A stretch of DNA of 64,000 bases from Methanobacteriota archaeon (GCA_020696385.1 JAEHCQ010000005.1:40311-104310), one strand, 5' to 3'. Counted from the first letter of the stretch, positions 1 through 9,039 are shown. Numbers and translations: made by a program. Notes: generated from the letters alone by a model not told the origin.

Positions 1-228
1 AGCCATAAGGATGCTTTCAAAGGTGATGGCTCCCTCAAGGTGGACATTAAGGACAATAGCGCACTGATAACAATGAAGAACACTGCGATAAGCAAATATT
101 CCTGCCTGGCCTGGAGAGGATGTTTTATCGGCGCACTGGAGATGACGAACACAACCGGCACTGTAATAGAAAAGCAGTGCCAGCTAAAAGATGCGGACCA
201 TTGCGAATTTATTATGGAATGGTCCTAG
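1..228 (+). CDS. V4R-like (DUF2378/TIGR02265-like) protein, C-terminal part; start lies upstream of the window
   Basis: Frame 1 is open from base 1 and ends ...WRGCFIGALEM...EKQCQLKDADHCEFIMEWS, a V4R-type C-x6-C tail. Confidence 0.6.
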   Translation, partial: SHKDAFKGDGSLKVDIKDNSALITMKNTAISKYSCLAWRGCFIGALEMTNTTGTVIEKQCQLKDADHCEFIMEWS

Positions 229-413
229 CCACTGCAAATTTGTCATAGAGTGGGTCTGACCATTGCGAATTTATTATGGAATGGTCCTAGCCACTGCAAA
301 TTTGTCATAGAGTGGGTCTGACCATTGCGAATTTATTATGGAATGGTCCTAGCCACTGCAAATTTGTCATAGAGTGGGTCTGACCATTGCGAATTTATTA
401 TGGAATGGTCCTA
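196..413 (+). repeat. Perfect 62-bp tandem repeat (3.5 units) made of two alternating versions of the gene's C-terminal codons
   Basis: Units start at 196, 258, 320, 382. Half A encodes DHCEFIMEWS*, half B encodes HCKFVIEWV*. Confidence 0.95.
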
Positions 414-423
414 AAAAGCCAAA

Positions 424-502
424 CAAATTAATTTTATACACTACCACCATCCCGTCCCATGAATGTAATTGACCTTGTAGCCGAGCTTGTTTCTATACCC
501 AG
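424..502 (+). repeat. Orphan copy of the M20 peptidase promoter and 5' end
   Basis: 456-502 is identical to 798-844 (47 bp). 424-443 matches 766-785 at 16/20 with the same 342-bp offset. Confidence 0.95.
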
Positions 503-513
503 AGCACACCCAC

Positions 514-727
514 TTTTTTCTTTTAAACCTCGCTGTGCTGGATCGGGCTCCTAAATCAAGCCCATTTCATGTGCTTGATAAAATAGATGCGTGGACTTTG
601 TCCACATCTAAAAAAGAAAAAAGACGGACAAATTAAATCAAGCCAGCTGACTTGATCAAAATAAATGCGTGGGTTCAGTAGGTGAAGTCGCATTTAAAAA
701 GAAAGTCGCCCGACCCTGCTCACTCGG
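514..727 (-). mobile_element. Putative non-autonomous structured mini-element: outer stem plus two internal double-hairpin modules
   Basis: Ends align with 59921-60008. Internal modules 552-620 and 634-704 match 18514-18593 on the opposite strand. Lies between the duplicated gene starts. Confidence 0.6.
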
Positions 728-800
728 TATTGATTGAACCGTAGATTAGTAAATGAGTAAATAAGCAAAATAATTCTATATCCTAGTGCTATTCAACCCC

Positions 801-1877
801 ATGAATGTAATTGACCTTGTAGCCGAGCTTGTTTCTATACCCAGTACACTTGGAAAGACCACGGATATCGAGAACTTCGTGGCTGGCCAGTTATCCGCAA
901 TTATCGATACAGAGTTCATCGAGGTCCCGGGCAAGGGCAGGTGCGTGCTTGCCCGTTCTATCGCGGATGATAAAAAGCCGACCATAATCTTCAATGGGCA
1001 TCTGGATACTGTCGAGGTGTGCAATGGGTGGACAAAGGATCCCTTCAAGCCAGTGATCGAAGGCGATAAGATGTTCGGCCTAGGAACCGCTGACATGAAA
1101 GGCGGAGTGGCAGTTGCCATGCTGGCATTTCAAGAAGCTGTAAGAAGAGGCATCAATGCGATATTTGTCGGGACCATTGATGAGGAAGGAGATTCGGCGG
1201 GTGGCTTTGCTATCAAGGATCTGGGACTAAAAGCAGATCTGTGCCTGATAACAGAACCCAGCAATGAGAAGATAATGCAGGGCTGTCGCGGCAGGTACGT
1301 GGTGGATGTGAACGTGAGCGGAAAGAGCGCTCACGGAGCTGTGCCCGAGAAAGGGGTCAATGCGATCACAGAGGCTGGCCGCCTGCTCTCCAGATTGGAT
1401 GAGTTACCCCTAATTCATCATGATGTTCTGGGAAAGGGTTCCGTATGCCCACTCAGCGTGGGTGGAGGAACCACCACATTATCGGTTCCGGAAGAATGCC
1501 GCATTGTCATCGACAGGCATGTTGTCCCAGGCGAGACAAAGGAAAGTGTGATGCAGGACATACGCAACCTGGCTGGGAAGATAGACAGCCAGGCGACATT
1601 CGATGTGGCACTGAACCAGGAAAGACCCACACCTTTCCTGGAGCCATATATCACGCAGGATGATGAATTGACGCGCCGATTCATCAGCACAGTCAAAGGC
1701 GATATCGCCTACGGGAAGTCAGTAGGCGATTACAATATATTTGCCACCATGTGCCCCACGATAGTCCATGGGCCAGTAGGGGAGAATTGGCATTCACCAG
1801 ATGAGTGGGTGTCTATTTCTTCAATAGAAAGATGTCTGGAGAACTACATGAGATTCCTTGATGCTTTCAAGGTCTAA
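801..1877 (+). CDS. M20/ArgE/DapE-family metallopeptidase or deacylase
   Basis: FNGHLDTV, GLGTADMKGG, DEEG, GKSAHG and ENWHSPDEWV motifs. Confidence 0.9.
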   Translation: MNVIDLVAELVSIPSTLGKTTDIENFVAGQLSAIIDTEFIEVPGKGRCVLARSIADDKKPTIIFNGHLDTVEVCNGWTKDPFKPVIEGDKMFGLGTADMKGGVAVAMLAFQEAVRRGINAIFVGTIDEEGDSAGGFAIKDLGLKADLCLITEPSNEKIMQGCRGRYVVDVNVSGKSAHGAVPEKGVNAITEAGRLLSRLDELPLIHHDVLGKGSVCPLSVGGGTTTLSVPEECRIVIDRHVVPGETKESVMQDIRNLAGKIDSQATFDVALNQERPTPFLEPYITQDDELTRRFISTVKGDIAYGKSVGDYNIFATMCPTIVHGPVGENWHSPDEWVSISSIERCLENYMRFLDAFKV

Positions 1878-2029
1878 TATCTCACATTAATCGTATATCA
1901 CCATAGACTAACATATGGCTAACATATGATAGAATTTACCTATATATCATATATATGAAGATATATTCAATATATTAAGTAGATACATTTATCTATTAAT
2001 TGTCATTCAACCACCAGATAGGTGCTAAT

Positions 2030-2263
2030 ATGAAAGCGTTCAAAGCAACCGGAACCTTCCTTATGGGCAGAGACACTCAACCATTCAGTAAAGAGGTCGC
2101 TGCCAAAGACAAGGAAGATGCAGAGGAACAGGTATACTCGATCATGGGAAGCAAGCATGGTGTCAAGAGGTTCAGGATCGATATAGATAAGATCGTACCC
2201 CTGAAGCAAGAGGACATCACGGATTCCGTGATAGCTTACAAGACAAGCAAGGGTGAACAATGA
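2030..2263 (+). CDS. rpl18a: 50S ribosomal protein L18Ae (eL20/LX)
   Basis: F.KEV.A...A.E.VYS.MGSKHGVKR..I.I motif; conserved rpl18a-pfdA-ftsY order. Confidence 0.9.
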   Translation: MKAFKATGTFLMGRDTQPFSKEVAAKDKEDAEEQVYSIMGSKHGVKRFRIDIDKIVPLKQEDITDSVIAYKTSKGEQ

Positions 2264-2679
2264 ATGAAGAAGAGATCCAGCAGGCCAGTGCTCAATTAGA
2301 GAGCTACAGGGGCCAAATGGAACAAATGAAGCAGCAGAACGAGCTTCTCAAGAACCTCAATGATGAGTACATGAGAGCACGTGACACCCTTCTGGACCTC
2401 AGCAAGAGATCGCCTGATGACGAGATACTGGTACCCATTGGCGGCAATTATTTTATCTTCGCCAAGGTGGATAAACCCGATAAGGCCATTGGAAGCCTGG
2501 GAATGAACCTGGCCGCAGAAGAGAGCACGGAAAAAGCAGTCGAGAGACTGGACAAGAGGATAGCCGAGCTCAGTGATGCGGGAACCAAGATGGCCCAGTC
2601 AATGCAGGATATGGATGCCAGGTCCACGGAGCTTACCAATAAGCTCCAGGAAGAATACGCCAAGGGCAATGTACAGTAA
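2260..2679 (+). CDS. pfdA: Prefoldin subunit alpha
   Basis: Coiled coils flanking EILVPIGGNYFI; synteny. Confidence 0.9.
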   Translation: MNEEEIQQASAQLESYRGQMEQMKQQNELLKNLNDEYMRARDTLLDLSKRSPDDEILVPIGGNYFIFAKVDKPDKAIGSLGMNLAAEESTEKAVERLDKRIAELSDAGTKMAQSMQDMDARSTELTNKLQEEYAKGNVQ

Positions 2680-2693
2680 GCTTGGTATTTGCC

Positions 2694-3623
2694 ATGTTCA
2701 AATTCCTTAAGGATAAGCTGGAAGGGTTCAAAAAACAGACAAAGGAAGAATTCTCAGCAGAGGCTATATCGGAAGATGACGGCAAGCGCATAAAAGAAAG
2801 CAAGCTGGACGATATACTCTGGGATCTGGAAGTGGGGCTTCTTGAATCTGATGTGGCTATCGAGGTCATTGAGGAGCTCAAGGAGAACCTGAAGGTGGAT
2901 CTCATCAATAAGCGAGTGAAAAGAGGTTCTGATTTTGAAAAGTCTATCAATGAAAGTCTGAAAGCCTCGCTCACCAAGATACTGGACACCGAGACAATTG
3001 ATTTTGATGAGTTCATCAACACCCATGAAAAACCAGTTACATTGATGTTCGTCGGAGTGAACGGAACTGGTAAGACCACTTCCATTGCAAGGATCGCCCA
3101 CAGACTGAAGAAACAGGGGAAATCCTGTGTACTGGCAGCGGCCGACACATTCAGAGCTGGGGCCATAGAGCAATTGACAATTCATTCGGAAAATCTGGGA
3201 TTCAAGATAATAAAACATCAATCGGGTGGAGACCCGGCTGCGGTTGCCTATGATGCAGTTGCGCATGCCAAGGCCAGGTTCCGGGATGTCGTTCTCATAG
3301 ACACGGCCGGCAGGATGCAGACGAACTCCAACCTGATGGATGAGATGAAAAAGATCAATAGGGTTGTCGAGCCAGACATGGTGATATTCGTTGGTGACTC
3401 ACTAGCAGGAAATGACGCAGTGGAGCAGGCCAGGAAGTTCGAAGAGGCTATCGGATTGGATGCGGCCATACTTACGAAAATAGATGCGGACGCGAAGGGC
3501 GGAGCTGCATTATCGATCGCACATGCGGTTGGCAAGCCAATAATATTCGTGGGAACTGGCCAGGAATATGAGGACCTGGAAAAGTTCGATGCTCAATGGA
3601 TGATCGATAAGATCTTTGGATAG
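2694..3623 (+). CDS. ftsY: SRP receptor FtsY
   Basis: GVNGTGKTT, DTFRAGA, DTAGR, TKIDADAKGG, GTGQ motifs. Confidence 0.97.
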   Translation: MFKFLKDKLEGFKKQTKEEFSAEAISEDDGKRIKESKLDDILWDLEVGLLESDVAIEVIEELKENLKVDLINKRVKRGSDFEKSINESLKASLTKILDTETIDFDEFINTHEKPVTLMFVGVNGTGKTTSIARIAHRLKKQGKSCVLAAADTFRAGAIEQLTIHSENLGFKIIKHQSGGDPAAVAYDAVAHAKARFRDVVLIDTAGRMQTNSNLMDEMKKINRVVEPDMVIFVGDSLAGNDAVEQARKFEEAIGLDAAILTKIDADAKGGAALSIAHAVGKPIIFVGTGQEYEDLEKFDAQWMIDKIFG

Positions 3624-3626
3624 ATC

Positions 3627-6600
3627 TTAATTTTTAAATTTCTTAATGTTTATAAGATACATTTCCTCAGTCAAATTACCATCTTTGTAAGCCATCTCTA
3701 TTTTATCTATGATCTCTTGATTAGGATGAGGTGGCTCAGGCTCAATTGCCAGATCATCAGCACAGATCGGGCATTGTAGGCCTGGATCGATCAGGAAACC
3801 ACAAACTGGGCAGATATTTTCGACCTCAGTTGCTTGTTCTTCGTATAGATCATCTTCAGATGATACATCTTCATCAAATGAGGCGTCATCTTCGACAGGT
3901 CCATCATCTTTATTTTTACGAACAAATAGGAATGCCAGGAACAATAATATAATGAGCCAGATCAACATCCCGATGTATATCATCGGGTCTTGGTCCTTTG
4001 ACACATATTCCTCTACCCCATCTTCTGTTTCATCCAGGGGAGCAGGGTCAAATTCATCGAGTACTCCGTCATTGTCATCATCAGTGTCTTCATTGTTACC
4101 AATGCCATCCCCATCAGTATCTATTGATTCATCAGCATCAAATGGGAAAACATCATCAATATCTGGAACTCCATCATTGTCATCATCAGGGTCATCCACA
4201 TCAAGTATACCATCTCGATCATTATCTCCATGAACAACAATGATCTCAATTGTCGAGTTTATATTACCGGAATAATCTTCGACCGTGAAAGTGATACGAT
4301 AAGTTCCAGGGTCTTCAAAGATATATGATATATCATTTTGATAATTATCCAGATGACCTGGATAATCAATTGACCAATAACTATTTGCAATTCCAATATT
4401 GTCTGTTGAATTTGATCCCCAGAGATATGTTGTTTCTCCTTCGATCGTCTCTCTAGGAACATTAATGTCAATATTTGGCTTGGTTGTATCAACTACAAAA
4501 AATAGATCTGCATTCATCGGAGGGGATTCTTGATTGCCAGATATATCCTCTGCGATAGAATAGAATTGATACCAACCATCATTTGGTGCATTGGCCTCAA
4601 CATCATAATAATATGAAGGCGTATAGTTCCATTTTGCATATGTGAAATTATTATGCTCATATTTCCAGTCAGACCAGGTTATATTATCCGCACTGTACCT
4701 TGACCATAGGCTTATGCTCTCATAATAATAATGTACGGCATAAGAATAATTGATATTGACCATTGTGTTCTGCAAACCACTTGTTGAATCAGTAGCACTC
4801 CAAGAAAAATATAGATCCCCAAGATCATGCCAGAAATCTTCTTGAAAGGATAGCTTAGACACAGGATCTGAAGTATCAATACAAAGAGATATGGGTGGTT
4901 CAGAAGGGGATTCTTCATAATTCCCTACTACATCACGTGCTACAGAATATAATTGATAGAAGCCATCATTACTTGGCATTTTAAAAGACCAACTACCATT
5001 ATTTTCCTCCGCATACCTATGTGAAAAATAATCAGTCCATGTTAGATTGTCAGAGCTACGCCTATAATAAATATTAATTTGATCCAATCCAGTCAAATTA
5101 TCATGAGCATCGATTGATAGATTAAATGAACCATTGTTATGATAATATGGTACAGGAATTATCTCTGAGCTTGGATTCAGGGTATCACGAATAGTCTTTG
5201 TCTCTGAACTATTTTTACATATCTCAAAATTCCCATAATTGTCCTCAGATAAAGAATAGAACTCATAATATCCATCACCTTCAGGGAAGTCAAAAAGCCA
5301 ATTCCATTGTGAGATAGAATCCTCATTATATTGTTTCCAGGGAGTCCATGTAATATTAAATGAGCTATGGCGATACCATAATGTAACATTCTTAAGGCCA
5401 AATCCATCCAGATCCTCTGCGGTAGAATTTATAAGTTCAGACTGAGAGTTAATATATCTGGGAATCGATCGTAAAGATGATGTTGGTTTGATATGATCGT
5501 GAACTGGGTTCATCAGTGAATAATTATCACTACTAAATGCGGGATAAGAATCGATATCATATCCCGAATCACCGAATCCATCTGAACCGGATATATTCTG
5601 ACCCGGACCAGACATCAGATCTAAGCCATCATAGTCCGACCAGTAATTTCCCCCGATCGGGTATATGTTATTCCAATAATTTGTTGAATAATAATCATAG
5701 GCACCATAATTATTATCTAAAAATGAATTATGATAGACCATGTTCCAATCTGAATGAGAGAACATTAAGCCTCGAAAGTTATTCCATATTGTATTGTTGA
5801 TTATAAAATTATTAAAACAATCATATAAATATATCCCATAATATCCATAATTATATGGATACCCATTCCCATGTATCAAATTATTAGATATGGATGAATT
5901 TCTCGTACTTTCCATGCATATCCCATAATATTCATTTTCTATCGTATTGTTTTGTATTGTAATATTATTCGAATAACCAGCTAATATCCCACAGGATCCA
6001 TCCATTAATGTGAAGTTCTGAATGATCGAATCTGAACAATTCGCTAAAATGATCTGACCTGCATCAGATGGTATATTAACATCAGTTTGGTTTTTAAGAT
6101 AATATATTGGCAACCCATTGATAGTATTATTGATGAATGAATGAGTATTCCAATCCAATATAATATCATTATACCAGTATCTAATCATGATTCCAGTATT
6201 TATCAGAACATTGTCTTGGATCAGTATATATTTATTGCCGCGGATACCTATACCGACATCATAGTTATCTATTGAATTATTTATTATACTATTATTATTC
6301 CCCGGTTTCATAGTGATTCCAGTATCCCTTGTTCCAGAAAAGATATTGTTCTGTATTATGTTTCTATCACCCTGGCCTTCGATGGAGGTTTCCATAAAAA
6401 GGTTATTTTCAATTACATTATCATTACCAGTGAATGAGACACCTCGATAACTATTATGAGCGATCTGGTTATTTACCACAGTATTATTATTCCCAGTAAT
6501 AATCACTGCGTCCTCTTGATCATAGAGCTTATTATCAAATATCATAAAATTATCTGAGTTGAAAAGTTGAATTCCATTGGAACAATTCTCAATTACAATA

Positions 6601-7484
6601 TCATTGATCTGACCATTTGTACAGAATCCTAGAATGATGCTGCCGTATGTCTCTGTAAAAGTATAATTGGAGAGCACGACATTCTTGCAATCTGCATATA
6701 TTATCTGGCCTGGACCAGTTACATAAGGAGGGGTGTTAGTGTTCTTGAAATAATATATCGGCAACCCTTGAACTAAATTTGTGGTGTAAATATAATGAGT
6801 ATCCCATTCTTCGACTAAGGTTCCATAGATATGAATTCCATTGCTAAGGATATTACCTGAAAATGTATTGTGTTGGGATCGCAACATACGGATATCATCC
6901 CAATTGTTGATACTCCACCAATAGGGAGAAATATGAGTCTCAATCTGATTATTGATGATCAAATTGTAATTGCTTCCATCTAGGAACAATCCATAATATA
7001 CCGAACTAATTTGATTGTTTTCAATAAGGTTATGATCTGAATGAACAGATAGATATATCCCTCTGCTGCAATTATGGATAATATTATTGATAATATCACC
7101 ATAATCAGTATTCCATAGTTGAATCCCAGCAGCTTCCCAATATAATCCACTCCAATTAGAATAAGGAAACATCAATGTACAATTTCGGATAATGAAGTTA
7201 TCTGTCACGTTCCCCAAGTAAATGCAGGGTCCAAAAATGGTTCCATTGATCTCCCAGTTCTCGATCACCCAGGGATTGCCAGCACTCCCATTCCCACTAG
7301 ATACTCCATTAGCAAGGGTAAAATCAGCATTTGAATTTATTCGGATCTCACCGCGAGGTGTAGTTGTAATCACATATGTAGACACATCCTTGGCTTCCGT
7401 ATTATTAGCATTTGGTTCGGTAAATAATATGATGGAACTAAATATCAATAGTACCGATAGCCAAACAGTAAATGCCTTTCTCAT
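3627..7484 (-). CDS. Large membrane-anchored surface protein: NosD/CASH beta-helix repeats, Ig/PKD-like domains, TSP3-like Ca-binding repeats, TM helix, cytoplasmic zinc ribbon
   Basis: Signal peptide, NNxI repeats, GGNYWSDY, DxDxDG repeats, TM, CPVCG..CPIC; visibly AT-rich. Confidence 0.8.
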   Translation of the reverse strand: MRKAFTVWLSVLLIFSSIILFTEPNANNTEAKDVSTYVITTTPRGEIRINSNADFTLANGVSSGNGSAGNPWVIENWEINGTIFGPCIYLGNVTDNFIIRNCTLMFPYSNWSGLYWEAAGIQLWNTDYGDIINNIIHNCSRGIYLSVHSDHNLIENNQISSVYYGLFLDGSNYNLIINNQIETHISPYWWSINNWDDIRMLRSQHNTFSGNILSNGIHIYGTLVEEWDTHYIYTTNLVQGLPIYYFKNTNTPPYVTGPGQIIYADCKNVVLSNYTFTETYGSIILGFCTNGQINDIVIENCSNGIQLFNSDNFMIFDNKLYDQEDAVIITGNNNTVVNNQIAHNSYRGVSFTGNDNVIENNLFMETSIEGQGDRNIIQNNIFSGTRDTGITMKPGNNNSIINNSIDNYDVGIGIRGNKYILIQDNVLINTGIMIRYWYNDIILDWNTHSFINNTINGLPIYYLKNQTDVNIPSDAGQIILANCSDSIIQNFTLMDGSCGILAGYSNNITIQNNTIENEYYGICMESTRNSSISNNLIHGNGYPYNYGYYGIYLYDCFNNFIINNTIWNNFRGLMFSHSDWNMVYHNSFLDNNYGAYDYYSTNYWNNIYPIGGNYWSDYDGLDLMSGPGQNISGSDGFGDSGYDIDSYPAFSSDNYSLMNPVHDHIKPTSSLRSIPRYINSQSELINSTAEDLDGFGLKNVTLWYRHSSFNITWTPWKQYNEDSISQWNWLFDFPEGDGYYEFYSLSEDNYGNFEICKNSSETKTIRDTLNPSSEIIPVPYYHNNGSFNLSIDAHDNLTGLDQINIYYRRSSDNLTWTDYFSHRYAEENNGSWSFKMPSNDGFYQLYSVARDVVGNYEESPSEPPISLCIDTSDPVSKLSFQEDFWHDLGDLYFSWSATDSTSGLQNTMVNINYSYAVHYYYESISLWSRYSADNITWSDWKYEHNNFTYAKWNYTPSYYYDVEANAPNDGWYQFYSIAEDISGNQESPPMNADLFFVVDTTKPNIDINVPRETIEGETTYLWGSNSTDNIGIANSYWSIDYPGHLDNYQNDISYIFEDPGTYRITFTVEDYSGNINSTIEIIVVHGDNDRDGILDVDDPDDDNDGVPDIDDVFPFDADESIDTDGDGIGNNEDTDDDNDGVLDEFDPAPLDETEDGVEEYVSKDQDPMIYIGMLIWLIILLFLAFLFVRKNKDDGPVEDDASFDEDVSSEDDLYEEQATEVENICPVCGFLIDPGLQCPICADDLAIEPEPPHPNQEIIDKIEMAYKDGNLTEEMYLINIKKFKN

Positions 7485-7555
7485 CTTCCTCTTCCTCAGC
7501 CTAGTTTAAGAGTTTAGAGTATTTTAGGGTTGTGGAATATAAGAAAAGAAATAAG

Positions 7556-7829
7556 ATGCGGGGAACCGTGTGAACGATATGCCCTTGGCATGATGTTCAC
7601 ATCGTAGGCCATAAACCCAATTCTCGAAGCTTACGTCTTGCTTCGAGTCCAGATGAAACATAATGGTGGGTTTACGGCAACCGTTTACTACTTTCGAATC
7701 CTATAATGAAAAATGCGGGGAACCGGATTTCGCACCTACACTTCATTGCGGTGCTCTCTCGAATTTACAAGTAAATTCTCGATCGAACTTCGTTCGAATC
7801 CTATAATGAAAAATGCGGGGAACCGGATT
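7556..7829 (-). repeat. Two extra copies of the tRNA-Leu 3' end separated by hairpin-rich inserts
   Basis: 37-bp repeat 7693-7729 = 7793-7829; 13-bp copy at 7556-7568; several inverted repeats between them. Confidence 0.9.
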
Positions 7830-7897
7830 CGAACCGGCGAATCACTAAGAACTAGACCCTGAATCTAGCGCCGTTGACCAGGCTTGGCTATCCCCGC
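7814..7897 (-). tRNA. tRNA-Leu(CAG)
   Basis: GCGGGGA/TCCCCGC acceptor stem, CTAGA-TTCAGGG-TCTAG anticodon arm, long variable arm, GGTTCGAATCC T-arm; CCA not encoded. Confidence 0.95.
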
Positions 7898-8007
7898 ATG
7901 GTGTTATGGATAAGCCCTGTAAATTCAAGAGGTTTATAAAATCTTTGATTGGATTGTATAATTTTCCGCCGATATCCTTATATCATGAAATTATCATGCC
8001 GAATACA

Positions 8008-9039
8008 ATGGCCTCACTTGGCGCACTCAAAAGGAGCATGGCTCTCACCCTGATCATGATATTCGGACTTCTGTTCGTGTTCATCATGCTGATATTCGAA
8101 TTCATGATGTGGTACTACAATGGAACTATCAATATTATCGGCCAGCTTATTTTGATATTCTTCTTTGTCGGCATCTTCATGCTCATACAATGGGCGGTCT
8201 CCCCCGGTATAATAAGATGGGGGTCCAAACTTCAGTATCTAAAGCCCGGAGAATACCAGTGGCTGGAGCAGGAAGTTAGTCAATTGTCAAAACAGGCGGA
8301 TATCCCCATGCCGCGATTGGCCATCTCCCGAGACCCAACACCCAATGCCTTCGTGTTCGGAAGATCAAGAAAGAGTTCCACACTGACTGTCCACACCGGG
8401 CTATTGGAGAAGCTCAATCAGAACGAGATAAGAGGCGTTCTGGCGCATGAGATAGGACATCTGCGTCACAATGATGTCGTTGTCATGACGGTTGTAAGCG
8501 CAATACCCATGCTGGCCTGGATGCTGGCCCGAAGCTTCCTCTGGGGAGGAAGGCGCAACAGGGATGCTGGTGCGATCATCATAGTTGCCATTATCAGTTA
8601 TGTGGTCTACTTCATATCCCAATTACTTATATTGAAGCTGTCAAGACAGAGAGAGTTCTATGCTGATTCTTACTCGGCTGTCGCTACTGGTGATCCGCAC
8701 AGCCTCAGCTCGGCACTTGCCAAGATAACATTCGGACTATCACTATCAAATGAAAAGCCAGGGGCTGCCAGGGCCTTTTATATCGGGGATCCAGTTAGCG
8801 CGAAGAGGGAGATCGCCAGCATCATGCAGAATAAGAACAAGTACGATCTGGATGGAGATGGGGTTCTGGACGAAGGAGAGCTACAGAAGGCCATGGAGGA
8901 GCAGGCGAAGAGTGGGCGCGCCAGGATGGAGTTCATGTCCACCCATCCGTCCACATTCAAGAGGATACTGCTTCTCAAACAGATAGAAACTGACATTGGC
9001 CATGGTGGGGCCAATGCGAATATCTATGATCATATTTGA
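8008..9039 (+). CDS. htpX: Zinc metalloprotease HtpX (M48) with an EF-hand-like insert
   Basis: PNAF, LAHEIGH, LSRQREFYAD, STHP motifs; start may be 7996. Confidence 0.9.
   Translation: MASLGALKRSMALTLIMIFGLLFVFIMLIFEFMMWYYNGTINIIGQLILIFFFVGIFMLIQWAVSPGIIRWGSKLQYLKPGEYQWLEQEVSQLSKQADIPMPRLAISRDPTPNAFVFGRSRKSSTLTVHTGLLEKLNQNEIRGVLAHEIGHLRHNDVVVMTVVSAIPMLAWMLARSFLWGGRRNRDAGAIIIVAIISYVVYFISQLLILKLSRQREFYADSYSAVATGDPHSLSSALAKITFGLSLSNEKPGAARAFYIGDPVSAKREIASIMQNKNKYDLDGDGVLDEGELQKAMEEQAKSGRARMEFMSTHPSTFKRILLLKQIETDIGHGGANANIYDHI

Noticed and set aside
196-413. CRISPR array (about 30-bp palindromic repeat and 30-bp spacer)
   Set aside because: All 'spacers' are identical and homologous to the 'repeat', both encode gene tails, and there are no cas genes.
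1909-1929. Short CTAACATATG tandem duplication
   Set aside because: Too short and in AT-rich DNA, consistent with slippage.
7556-7829. attL/attR of an intact integrative element or provirus
   Set aside because: Only about 60-125 bp separate the copies, and the window has no integrase or viral genes.
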